Of a stretch of 64,000 nt of DNA, positions 25,097 to 36,610 are shown one piece after another. This DNA is from Scyliorhinus canicula (taxonomy: Eukaryota). The translations under genes and the position numbers were made by a program. The notes under the pieces were generated by a model. The model was not told where the DNA came from. It ran no database searches and was given only the letters and a program-made list of their open reading frames with translations. Numbering within the stretch: the first letter of the stretch is position 1; every line of letters starts with the position of its first letter. Location of the stretch: the NCBI RefSeq assembly GCF_902713615.1, contig NW_024056016.1, positions 1-64,000 of the forward strand, given 5' to 3'.

Positions 25097-25728
25097 TGAT
25101 GTGGTGATGCCGGCGTTGGACTGGGGTGAGCTCAGTAAGAAGTCTGACAACACTAGATTAAAGTCCAACAGGTTTGTTTCAAACACGAGCTTTCAGAGCG
25201 CAGCTCCTTCCTCAGGTGAGTGAAAAGGTAGGTTCCAGAAATATATACAGACAGAAATCTGTATGCATGTTTCTGGAACATACCTCTTCATTCGGGCAGC
25301 ACGGTAGCATGGTGGTTAGCATAAATGCTTCACAGCTCCAGGGTCCCAGGTTCGATTCCCGGCTGGGTCACTGTCTGTGCGGAGTCTACACGTCCTCCCC
25401 GTGTGTGCGTGGGTTTCCTCTGGGTTCTCCGGTTTCCTCCCACAGTCCAAAGATGTGTGGGTTAGGTGGATTGGCCATGGTAAATTGCCCGTAGTATCCT
25501 AAAAAGTAATGTTAAGGGGGGGTTGTTGGGTTACAGGTATAGGGTGGAGACGTGGGTTTGAGTAGGGTGATCATTGCTCGGCACAACATCGAGGGCCGAA
25601 GGGCCTGTTCTGTGCTGAACTGTTCTATGTTCTATTCATCTGAGGAAGGAGCTGTGCTCCGAAAGCTAGTGTTTGAAACAAACCTGTTATACTTTAACCT
25701 GGTGTTGTGAGACTTCTCACTGAGCTCA
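25097..25728. mobile_element. Penelope-like terminal sequence present twice as inverted arms
   Basis: Left arm matches the 3' end of the element at 56165-56740; right arm (25261-25293 plus 25634-25728) is its reverse complement. Confidence 0.85.
25294..25633 (+). mobile_element. HE1-type SINE, long form, inserted in the right Penelope arm
   Basis: Head GGGCAGCACGGTAGC; tail GGGCCGAAGGGCC…TGTTCTATGTTCT; ATTC duplicated at 25290-25293 and 25634-25637. Confidence 0.92.
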
Positions 25729-25959
25729 TTTATTTTCAAGCACCACCGTCGCCCATACATCCTCCCTCACTCACCAATCCATCCTCACTCATTTTTAATC
25801 ACACACCCATCCTCATGCTCCACACTCATACGCGCCTACCATTGTTAATGCACGCACATTGACACACCCAGCCACCCTCTTCTCACTCCAGCCCTAAATC
25901 ACACCCCTGCTCGCTCACCCTCATTCACTTGTCCCCTTGCTCACTAAATGGGCGGGAGT

Positions 25960-28900
25960 TAGTCTGCAACGAGAGAGGAACAGAGAATTGGAGCGAGAGC
26001 GAGTGGTGGCCAAACGTGGGTGCCTGGCAAGGGAGCAGTAAGACTCAGGAGAAAGAGAAGAGAGCTGGAGGAAAGCGTCAGGGTCGGGGGCTGGGAGAAT
26101 TGTAAAGAGGACGTGGGAAAATATAGAGGGAGAGGAAAAATGACAAAGAGCCATGGAATCGCACAGAGAACCCTGGAAAAAGCAGAGAGCTGGGGAAAAC
26201 TGCGGGGAGCCAGGGTAAAGGTAGAGAGCTGGGGGAAAGCACAGGGAGCCTGGGAAAGGGCAGAGAGCTGGGGGAAAGCACAGGGAGACTGGGAAAAGGT
26301 AGAGAGCTGGGGAAAAGCACAGGGAGCCTGGGAAAAGGTAGAAAATTGGGGACAAGCACAGGAAGCCTGGGAAATGACAGAGAGCTGGGGAAAAGCACAA
26401 GGATCCTGGGGAAAGGTAGGGAGCTGGGGGGAAGTGCGGGGAGCCTGGGAAACGTTAGAGAGCTGGGGAAAAGCACAGGTAGCCTGGGAAAAGGTTGAGA
26501 GATGGGGAAAAGCACAGGGAGACTGGGAAAAGTTTGAGAGTTTACTAGGATGTTGCCTGGTATGGAGGGAAGGTCTTACGAGGAAAGGTTCAGGGAATTG
26601 AGGTTGTTTTCGTTAGAGAGGAGAAGGCTGAGAGGTGACTTAATAGAGACATATAAGATAGTCAGAGGGTTAGATAGGGTGGACAGTGAGAGTCTTTTTC
26701 CTCGGATGGTGATGACCAACACGAGGGGACATAGCTTTAAATTGAGGGGTGAGAGATATAGGACAGATGTCAGAGGCAGTTTCTTTACTCAGAGAGTAGT
26801 CGGGGTGTGGAACGCCCTGCCTGCAATAGTAGTAGACTCGCCAACTTTAAGGGTATTTAAGTGGTCACTGGATAGACATATGGATGAAAATGGAATAGTG
26901 TAGGTCAGATAGGCTTCAGATGGTTTCACAGGTCGGCGCAACATCGAGGGCCGAAGGGCCCGTACTGCGCTGTAGTGTTCTATGTTCTAGTTGGGGAAAA
27001 GCACAGGGAGCCTGGGAAAAGTTTGAGAACTGAAGGAAAGCAAAAGAAGTCCGGAAAAGGCAGGAAGCGGGGGTGGGAAATTACAGGGATCCTGGGAAAC
27101 GTTAGAGAGGTGGGGGAAAGCACAGTGTCTGGGAAAAGGTAGAGAGCTGGGGAAAAGCACAGGAAGACTGGGAAAGGGCAGAGAGTTGGGGGAAAGCACA
27201 GGGATCCTGGGAAACGTTAGAGAGCTGGGGGAAAGCACAGTGTCTGGGAAAAGGTAGAGAGCTGGGGAAAACTGCGGGGAGCCAGGGTAAAGGTAGAGAG
27301 CTGGGGGAAAGCACAGGGAGCCTGGGAAAGGGCAGAGAGCTGGGGAAAAGCACATGGAGACTGGGAAAAGGCAGAGAGCCGAGGAAAGTGCGGGGGGCCT
27401 AGGAAAAGGTAGAGAGCTGGGGAAAAGCACGTGGAGACTGGGAAAAGGCAGAGCGCCGGGGGAAAGCACAGGGAGGCTGGGAAAAGGCAGGAAGCCGGGG
27501 GGAAAGCATAGGTAGGCTGGGAAAGGGCAGAGAGCAGGGGGAAAACACCAGGAGCCTGGGAAACGGCAGAGAGCTGGAGAATAGGACAGAGAGCCTGGGA
27601 AAAGTTTGAGAGCTGGATGAAAGCAAAAGAATTCCGGAAAAGGCAGGAAGCGGGGCGAAAGCACAGAGCGCCTGGGAAAAGGTAGTGAGCTTGGGGAAAA
27701 GCGCTGGGAGCCTGGGAAAAGGTAGTGAACTTGGGAAAAGTGCAGGGAGCCTGGGAAAAGGTAGACAGCTTGGGGAAAGCACAGGGAGCCTGGGAAAAGG
27801 TAGAAAATTGGGGAAAAGCACAGGAAGCGTGGGAAAAGGTAGAGAGCTGGGGAAAGGCACAAGGATCCTGGGAAAAGGCAGAGCGTTGGGGGAAAGCACA
27901 GGGAGCCTGGGAAAAGGTAGAAAATTGGGGAAAAGCACAGGAAGCGTGGGAAAAGGTAGAGAGCTGGGGAAAGGCACAAGGATCTGGGAAAAGGCAGAGA
28001 GCCGGGGGAAAGCACAGGGAGACTGGGAAAAGGTAGAGAAGTGGGGAAAAGTGCAGGGAGCCTGGGAAAAGGTAGCGAGCTTGGGGAAAAGCGCAGGGAG
28101 CCTGGGAAAGGTAGAGAAGTGGGGAAAAGTGCAGGGAGCCTGGGAAACGGTAGAGACGGGGAAGGGAGTGGGGGGCAGGAGGGGGAAGCGCAGGGAGCCT
28201 GGGAAAGAATAGAGAGTTGGGGGAAAGCACAGGAAGCTTGGGAAAAGGTAGAGAGCTGGGGAAAGGCACAAGGATCCTGGGAAAAGGAAGAGAGTTGGTG
28301 GAAAGCACATGGAGCCTGGGAAAAGGCAGAGAGCCGGGGGAAAGCACAGGGAGACTGGGAAAAGGCAGAGAGCCGGGGGAAAGCATAGGGAGACTGGGAA
28401 AAGGTAGAGAAGTGGGGAAAAGCACAGGGAGCCTGGGCAAAGGCCGAGAGCTGGGGAAAAGTGCAGGGAGCCTGGGAAAAGGTAGATACGGTGGGGGTAG
28501 GGGGGGGGGGGAGCGCAGGGAGCCTGGGAAAGAATAGAGACTTGGGGGAAAACACAGGAAGCTTGGGAAAATGTAGAGAGCTGGGTGGAAGCACCGGGAG
28601 CCTGGGAAAAGGTAGAGAGCTGGGGGAAATCACCGGGAGCCTGGGAAAAGGTAGAGAGCTGGGGAATAGGACAGAGAGCCTGGGAAAAGTTCGAGACCTG
28701 GGGAATAGGACAGGGAGCCTGGGAAAAGTTTGAGAGTTGGAAGAAAGCAAAAGATGTCCGGAAAAGGCAGGAAGCGGGGCGGCAGCACAGGGAGCTTGGG
28801 AAAAGGTAGAGGGGGTGGGGGGGGGGGGGGGGGGGAGCGCAGGGAGCCTGGGAAAGAATAGAGAGATGGGGGAAAGCACAGGAAGCTTGGGAAAAGGTAG

Positions 28901-31900
28901 AGAGCTGGGGAAAAGTGCGGGGAGCCTGGGAAAAGGTAGAGAGCTGGGGAAAAGCACATGGATCCTGGGAAAAGGTAGTGAGCTGGGGGAAATCACAGGG
29001 AGACTGGGAAAAGGTAGAGAGCTGGGGAAAAGCACAGGGAGCCTGGGAAAAGGTAGAGAGTTGGGGAAAAGCGCAGGGAGACTGGGAAAAGGCAGAAAGC
29101 CGGGGGAAAGCATAGGGAGACTGGGAAAAGGCAGAGAGTTGGGGAAAAGCGTAGGGAGACTGGAAAAGGTAGAGAAGTGGTGAAAAGTACAGGAAGCCTG
29201 GGAAAAGGTAGAGACGGGGGGGGGGGGGAGCGCAGGGAGCCTGGGAAAGAATAGAGAGCTGGGGAAAAGTGCAGGGAGCCTGGGAAACGGTAGAGACGGG
29301 GAAGGGGGTGGGGGGCGGGAGGGGAAAGCACAGGGAGCCTGGGAAAGAATAGAGAGCTGGGGGAAAGCACAGGAAGCTTGGGAAAAGGTAGGGAGCTGGG
29401 GAAAGGCACAAGGATCCTGGGAAAAGGAAGAGAGTTGGGGGAAAGCACAGGGAGCCTGGGAAAAGGCAGAGAGCCGGGGGAAAGCACAGGGAGACTGGGA
29501 AAAGGCAGAGAACCGGGGGAAAGCATAGGGAGACTGGAAAAGGTAGAGAAGTGGGGAAAAGCACAGGGAGCCTGGGAAAAGGTAGAGAGCTGTGGAATAG
29601 GACAGAGAGCCTGGGAAACGTTCGAGAGCTGGGGAATAGGACAGGCAGCCTGGGAAAAGTTTGAGAGCTGGAAGAAAGCAAAAGATGTCCGGAAAAGGAA
29701 GGAAGCGGGGCGGCAGCACAGGGAGCCTGGGAAAAGGAAGAGGGGGGGGGGGGGAGCGCAGGGAGCCTAGGAAAGAATAGAGAGATGGGGGAAAGCACAG
29801 GAAGCTTGGAAAAAGGTAGAGAGCTGGGGGAAAGCACATGGATCCTGGGAAAAGGTAGTGAGCTGGGGGAAATCACAGGGAGACTGGGAAAAGGTAGAGA
29901 GCTGGGGGAAAGCACAGGGAGCCTGGGAAAAGGTAGAGAGGTGGGGAAAAGCACAGGGAGACTGGGAAAAGGCAGAGAGCCGGGGGAAAGCATACGGAGA
30001 CTGGGAAAAGGCAGAGAGTTGGGGTAAAGCGCAGGGAGGCTGGGAAAAGGTAGAGAAGTGGTGAAAAGTGCAGGAAGCCTGGGAAAAGGTAGAGACGGGC
30101 GTGGGGGGGGGGGGGGGGGGGAAGCGCAGGGAGCCTGGGAAAGAATAGAGAGCTGGGGAAAAGCACAGGGAGCCTGGGAAAAGGTAGTGAGCTGGGGGAA
30201 ATCACAGGGAGCCTGGGAAAAGGTAGTGAGCTGGGGGAAATCACAGGGAGACTGGGAAAAGGTGGAGAGCTGGGGGAAATCACAGGGAGACTGGGAAAAG
30301 TTTGAGAGGTGGAAGAATGCAAAAGATGTCCGGGAAAGGCAGGAAGCGGGGCGGCAGCACAGGGAGCCTGGGAAAAGGTAGAGAGGGGGGGGGGGGGGGC
30401 GCAGGGAGCCTGGGAAAGAATAGAGAGATGGGGGAAAGCACAGGAAGCTTGGGAAAAGGTAGAGAGCTGGGGGAAAGCACATGGATCCTGGGAAAAGGTA
30501 GTGAGCTGGGGGAAATCACAGGGAGACTGGGAAAAGGTAGAGAGCTGGGGAAAAGCACAGGGAGATTGGGAAAAGGTAGAGAGTTGGGGAAAAGCGCAGG
30601 GAGACTGGGAAAAGGCAGAGAGCCGGGGAAAGCATACGGAGACTGGGAAAAGGCAGAGAGTTGGGGTAAAGCGCAGGGAGACTGGGAAAAGGTAAAGAAG
30701 TGGTGAAAAGTGCAGGAAGCCTGGGAAAAGGTAGAGACGGGCGGGGGGGGGGGGGGGGGGGGGGGGGGAGCGCAGGGAGCCTGGGAAAGAATAGAGAGCT
30801 GGGGAAAAGCACAGGGAGCCTGGGAAAAGGTAGTGAGCTGGGGGAAATCACAGGGAGACTGGGAAAAGGTGGAGAGCTGGGGGAAATCACAGGGAGACTG
30901 GGAAAAGTTTGAGAGGTGGAAGAATGCAAAAGATGTCCGGAAAAGGCAGGAAGCGGGGCGGCAGCACAGGGAGCCTGGGAAAAGGCAGAGAGGGGGGGGG
31001 AGCGCAGGGAGCCTGGGAAAGAATAGAGAGTTGGGGGAAAGCACAGGAAGCTTGGGAAAAGGTAGGAGCTGGGGAAAGGCACAAGGATCCTGGGAAAAGG
31101 TAGTGAGCTGGGGGAAATCACAGGAAGCTTGGGAAAAGGTAGAGAGCTGGGGGAAAGCACATGGATCCTGGGAAAAGGTAGTGAGCTGGGGGAAATCACA
31201 GGGAGACTGGGAAAAGGTAGAGAGCTGGGGAAAAGCACAGGGAGCCTGGGAAAAGGCAGAGAGCCGGGGGAAAGCATAGGGAGACTGGGAAAAGGCAGAG
31301 AGTTGGGGAAAAGTGAAGGGAGACTGGGAAAAGGTAGAGAAGTGGTGAGAAATGCAGGAAGCCTGGAAAAGGTAGAGACGGGGGGGAGGGGGGAGCGCAG
31401 GGAGCCTGGGAAAGAATAGAGAGCTGGGGAAAAGCACAGGGAGCCTGGGAAAAGGTAGTGAGCTGGGGGAAATCACAGGGAGCCTGGGAAACGGTAGTGA
31501 GCTGGGGGAAATCACAGGGAGACTGGGAAAAGGTGGAGAGCTGGGGGAAATCACAGGGAGACTGGGAAAAGTTGGAGAGCTGGGGGAAATCACAGGGAGA
31601 CTGGGGAAAGGTGGAGAGCTAGGGGAAAGCACAGGGAGACTGGGAAAAGGTGGAGAGCTGGGGGAAAGCACAGGGAGACTGGGGAAAGGTGGAGAGCTAG
31701 GGGAAAGCACAGGGAGACTGGGAAAAGTTGGAGAGCTGGGGGAAATCACAGGGAGACTGGGGAAAGGTGGAGAGCTAGGGGAAAGCACAGGGAGACTGGG
31801 AAAAGGTGGAGAGCTGGGGGAAAGCACAGGGAGCCTGGGAAAACGTGGAGAGCTGGGGGAAAGCACAGGGAGCCTTGGAACGTTAGAGAGCTGGGAGAAA

Positions 31901-32990
31901 GTGCAGGGAGCCTGAGACAAGGCAGAGAGCTGGGGCAAATCACAGGGAGGCTGGGAAAAGTTTGAGAGCTGGAGGAAAGCAAAAGGAGTCCGGAAAAGGC
32001 AGGAAGCGGGGCGAAAGCTCAGACCTGAAGAGAAGTGCCGGGAGTCTGGGAAAATGTAGAGAGCTGGGGGGAAGCACAGGGAGACTGGGAAAAAGTAGAG
32101 AACTGTGGAATAGCTCAACGAACCTGGGAAAAGGCAGAGAGCTGGGGGAAATTGCGGGGAGTATTAGAAACGGTCGAGATCTGGGGGACGCACAGCAAAC
32201 CTGGGAAAAGGTAGAGAGCTGGGGAAAGCACAGGGAGCCTGGGAAAAGGTAGAGAGTTGGGGAAAGCACAGGGAGCCTGGGAAAAGGTAGAGAGCTGGGG
32301 AAAGCGCAGGGAGCCTGGGAAAAGGTAGAGAGTTGGGGAAAGCACAGGGAGCCTGGGAAAAGGTAGAGAGCTGGGGAAAAGTGTGGGGAGCCTGGGAAAA
32401 GGCAGAGAGCTGGGGGGAAGTACAGGGAGCCTGGGAAAAGGTAGAGAGTTGGGGAAAGCACAGGGAGCCTCGGAATAGGTAGAGAGCTGGGGAAAAGTGT
32501 GGGGAGCCTGGGAAAAGGCAGAGAGCGGGGGGGGGGGGGGGGGGAAGTACAAGGAGCCTGGGAAAAGGTAGAGAGCTGGGGAAATCACAGGGAGCCTCGG
32601 AAACGGCAGCGAGCTGGGTAAGGGAGGTGGGGGTCGGGGGGGGGGGGGTCGGGAACACATGGAGCCTGGGAAATGGTATAAAGCTGGGTTAAAGTATAGG
32701 GAGCCTGGGAAAGACGAGAGCTGAGTAGTGAGCAGGTGAGATGACCAGAGAGCTGAGCGCAGACCGGGGAGAGAAGCTGCAGGAACAAGGGGAAAAGTGA
32801 TCATTGCTGGGGCAAAAGCCAATAATCAGGGGGCAAAGTGCCATGTTCTGGGGAAAAGCACAAAGAACAAGTGGAAAGTTCCAGAAGCTGAGGCAAAGAG
32901 CAAACAACCTGGAAAGGTGCAGCTGGGCAAATTATAGAAGTGGAGGAAAGATCAGAGAGCTGGGAAAAGGACAGGAAGCTGATTATCGCG
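25960..32990 (+). repeat. G/purine-rich ~39-bp tandem array (GCACAGGGAGCCTGGGAAAAGGTAGAGAGCTGGGGGAAA), switch-region-like
   Basis: Unit read directly; core 26170-32640 with degenerate edges; poly-G tracts interspersed. Confidence 0.95.
26541..26989 (+). mobile_element. Young 5'-truncated CR1-clade LINE (HER1-like) inside the G-rich array
   Basis: Open ORF2 C-terminus LFSLERRRLRGDLIETYKI…HSFKLRG…FFTQRVVGVWNALP to stop at 26903; (TGTTCTA)2 tail; AGTT at both junctions. Confidence 0.93.
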
Positions 32991-33661
32991 GATACATGGA
33001 ATGCGGAGATCATCCCACAATCTGCTCCGCCATAATCATATTGAATGGTGCAGGAGACCTGAGGGACCGAATGGCCGCATCCCGCTTTTAATGTCCAGGG
33101 TCCTGTAATTGGAGAATTTTGGAGTTACTTGCACATGTGCTCAAATGTAGAATGTTATCGTCATTATGTAAGTACCTGGAAGATTTTTCTGAAGCAAAGT
33201 CACGACTCCTTGTTTTGGGGAGTGGGGGTAGTGAGGTGGAGAGAGGGGGGGACATCAGTCAGTTTGAACACAAGCAATTTCCAAAATAGCAATGACAGAA
33301 ATGGAGAGACAACTTCTTTATCACAAAGTGCAGTTGTTGGAAAAAAACATTGGTGGCATAAATAATTGGGAAAACCCTCCGCTCTGCTCATTGAAAGTAA
33401 TGAATGGTACGTTTTCAGATGACATCAAAATGCTACATTTCTGCAAGGTGTTAGAAATGGAGAAAGAGGTGTGAGTTTCTACAGAAGGAATAAACAAATG
33501 GTGATTCTCAAATGTTAGAAGTAACAGAAGCTCAAGTATTGATGCAGTTTTAATGCGAACATGTGAGGATAAATTTGTAACTGTATCCAAATTCTAAGTT
33601 GTATGATATCTTAATGACAAGTCCCAGAGTCTAACTTGTTCAATTGGCCATTCTCTCCCAG

Positions 33662-33961
33662 CGACACCGACTCCGCCCACTCTCTACAGCCTGGTCTCCT
33701 CCTGTCAGCAACACAACACTGACGGCTCTGTGACCTTCGGCTGTTTGGCGATGGACTACTCCCCAGAAATCACCAGCCTTACCTGGAAGAAAGATGGGCA
33801 GCTGATCACCACTGGAGTTAAGAAATACCCGTCAGTGAGAAACAAGAAGGGAACCTACACTCTGAGCAGCCAGTTAATCATCACCGAGTCAGAGGGGGCA
33901 TGCAGCAAAATCAGCTGTGAGGTTCGACACAGCGGCTCAGACAAGAGCATTGGAATGACAT
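33662..33961 (+). CDS. IGHM: IgM CH1 exon ([15 protein letters not shown]…[10 protein letters not shown]…WKKDG…SCEVRHSGS…)
   Basis: CCCAG acceptor; C1-set Cys/Trp/Cys; phase-1 donor T|GTAAGT; 300 nt, open. Confidence 0.97.
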
Positions 33962-34158
33962 GTAAGTGCTGTGGAAACTGTGAGAAACAGATGCTTTGAT
34001 TACTTTATTTAAATCTTTGGTCATAACACATTGATGGTTCTCTGCACAGTTCTGATTCCTGAGAGAAATAGTGACCACCGAGAAACTGAAAATATAATTA
34101 GTCATTTTATTCCTTACAACATCTTCTTCAAGAAATGTCTAACTTGTGTTTCTTGAAG

Positions 34159-34470
34159 GTCCTCTACCTGACATCCATCCAAATGTTCTCCTCACCGTGA
34201 GTTCCAATGAAGAAATCACAAGACAGAAATTTGCCACCATGGTCTGTTCAATCAACGATTTCAGTCCAAATTCAATCACGGTGACGTGGCTGAAGAATGG
34301 ACAAGCCATGGGTTCAGGAATTGTCACCTCTCCCGCCTGTGAAGTGAACGGGAACTTCTCGGCGAGCAGTCGGCTGACAGTCTCTGCTGGGGAATGGTTC
34401 AGCAAAGCGGTCTATACCTGCCAGGTCACTCATCAAGAGGTCATCCAAAGTCTCAACATCACCGCATCTG
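34159..34470 (+). CDS. IGHM: IgM CH2 exon
   Basis: GAAG acceptor; …[21 protein letters not shown]…YTCQVTH…; donor G|GTAAGA. Confidence 0.96.
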
Positions 34471-35109
34471 GTAAGAGACACAAACAGAGGAAACAGTAAA
34501 TCATCCTGCACTCTGATGTCAATCCAAATCAGGAATGTACTGAAGTTAGTGCAAAGCGCAGAATAACTTCTAATTTACTGCCATGTAGTTTGTGTTTCAT
34601 TCTGATGGAAGAGCTGCATTTGGATTGATCACCATTCAGGATTTGATCAGTATAGAAATAAATGTTTCCCTCTCACCTGAAGTAATTTAGGGAGTGAGGT
34701 GGATTTGATATCAGCTTTATCCTGAGACAGCTGATTAAATTGCTGAGGCAATGGCTGTCTGGAACCCTTTACTGAAACCAGCTCGGGACGAAGATTTTGG
34801 AAAGTTCATTCAAGATATTTATCAAGCAGCCTTCCATATTAGGGTTCTGAGATCAGGACTGGAATATTTGTATTGGGAATGCTGTAATACTGATTCATTA
34901 GAATGGTTTCGAGGCTGACTGTATTTCACAATGAGAATAGTTTTCACAAACCAAACTGGTTATCCATTGTGTATAGAAGATTTAAAGGCGATCATTAGAG
35001 GTTGTTATTTCGAAGTTGATTTATTCCCATTGAGTGAGTGAACGCTGAATCCTGCTGTCCTGATTCTGAAGATGAAACTTGGGTTGATTTCCACTTTTTT
35101 CATTCACAG

Positions 35110-35418
35110 ATCCTTCCGTTTGCACTGATGCCTCAGTAACAATACTGCCACCACCAATAGAACAGGTCTTACTGGAGGCGACTGTAACCTTAACCTGCGT
35201 CATTTCGAATGCTCCTTATGGAGTCAACGTGTCCTGGAGTGAAGCGAAGAAGCCGCTGAAATCAGAGATTGCCGACCAGCCTGGGGCAGATACTGAGAGC
35301 GTGGTCAGCAAATTAAACATCTCGACACAAGCCTGGCTGAGTGGGGCTGTGTTTGACTGTGTGGCGAGCCATCAGGACCTGCCAACTCCTTTAAGAATTT
35401 CAACTCACAAAAAAATAG
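35110..35418 (+). CDS. IGHM: IgM CH3 exon
   Basis: CACAG acceptor; DPSVC…[18 protein letters not shown]…[13 protein letters not shown]…; donor G|GTGAGC. Confidence 0.96.
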
Positions 35419-35634
35419 GTGAGCGGTGAGACTGAAGCAATAAGTGAGTCATTGTGTCTATTTCTAGTGTCAGTGCAGCGGTCAGTATTTAGCATTCAGT
35501 GTATTTATGGTCCATTCTGATTGGCAATTCCACTAACTGAATACTCTGGGCATTTAGAGTTTAAGGGGGAAATTGATATGCAGATGAATGAACAATGAAT
35601 TAAACCCAGTGATATTGGGTTTAGATGAAGCGAG

Positions 35635-36610
35635 ACCATAGACCACAAGACTTATGAGCAGATGTAGGCCATTGGGCCCATCAACACCGGTCCAGCCTTC
35701 AGTAAGGTCATGACTGATCTGATGTGATAATCTTCAACTCCTCTTTCCCGCCTTATCACCATATCTCTTGATGCTTTTACTGATTTAAAATATGTGTCCC
35801 TCAACCTTGAATATACTGACCGACCCAGAATCTGAGGTCGTCATCATTCTTCTAAACTCCAATAAGTACAGCCCAGCCTACTTAACCTCTCCCCGTAAGA
35901 AAATCCCTCCATACTCGGGATCAACCTCGTGATCGTTCTCTGGACTGCCTTCACAACCAATCTGTCTTCCTTAGATAAGGGCACCAAAACTATTCAAAGT
36001 ATATCAGGTGTTGTCTAACTAATTCCCCAGTTTTAGCTAGGCTTCCCCATTGTTATATTCTACTCCCTTTAAAATAAAGATCAGCATTCAATTTGCCTCC
36101 ATATTACCTGCAGAACTTACTTTTTGTGGTTTCTGCACGAGGGCCCCCAATTCCCCCGTTACTTCAGCTTTCTTCAGTCTTTCTCTATATAAATAATAAC
36201 TCTTTATGTTCTTCCTTCTACCAAAGTGTCTAACCTCACATTCTCTGTCCCTCTGTGGATTTCCTGTAATCCTCACCACTTGCCTTTTTACCTATTTTTT
36301 GTCATCTGCAAACATGGGAATAGTACATTCATTTATCAATCACCGTTTTGAAATTCATGTATATTACATCTATTGCCCCACCCCCTCCCCCTCCCTCTCT
36401 CGCCTTCTCGTCATCACCTCAAATAAGGGCACTAAATTTGTCAGGCATGATTTACCCTTCCCGAAGCCGTGCTGACTCTGTTTGATTATATTGAGTATTT
36501 CTAAATGCTCAGCTATTGGATCTGTTATAATGGACTCGAACCGTTTTCCACTGACAGATGTTAAGGTCCCTGGCCGATAGTTACCTGTGTTTGACTCCCT
36601 CTCCTTTTGA
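35635..36610 (-). mobile_element. Internally deleted CR1-clade LINE remnant in the CH3-CH4 intron
   Basis: Minus-strand RT motifs GNYRP…LTSVSGK…ESII…SQHGFGKGKSCLTNL; 3' tail near 35635-35700. Confidence 0.8.

Noticed and set aside
26170-32640. Cryptic RSS array (CACAGGG in each unit)
   Set aside because: No nonamer-like sequence at 12- or 23-bp spacing.
26020-32822. Very long Pro/Ser/Phe/Leu-rich (minus strand) and Gly/Lys/Glu/Trp-rich (plus strand) ORFs, up to 1027 aa
   Set aside because: They are translations of the ~39-bp array, whose unit is a multiple of 3 and lacks stops; they are open in several frames on both strands and show no domain.
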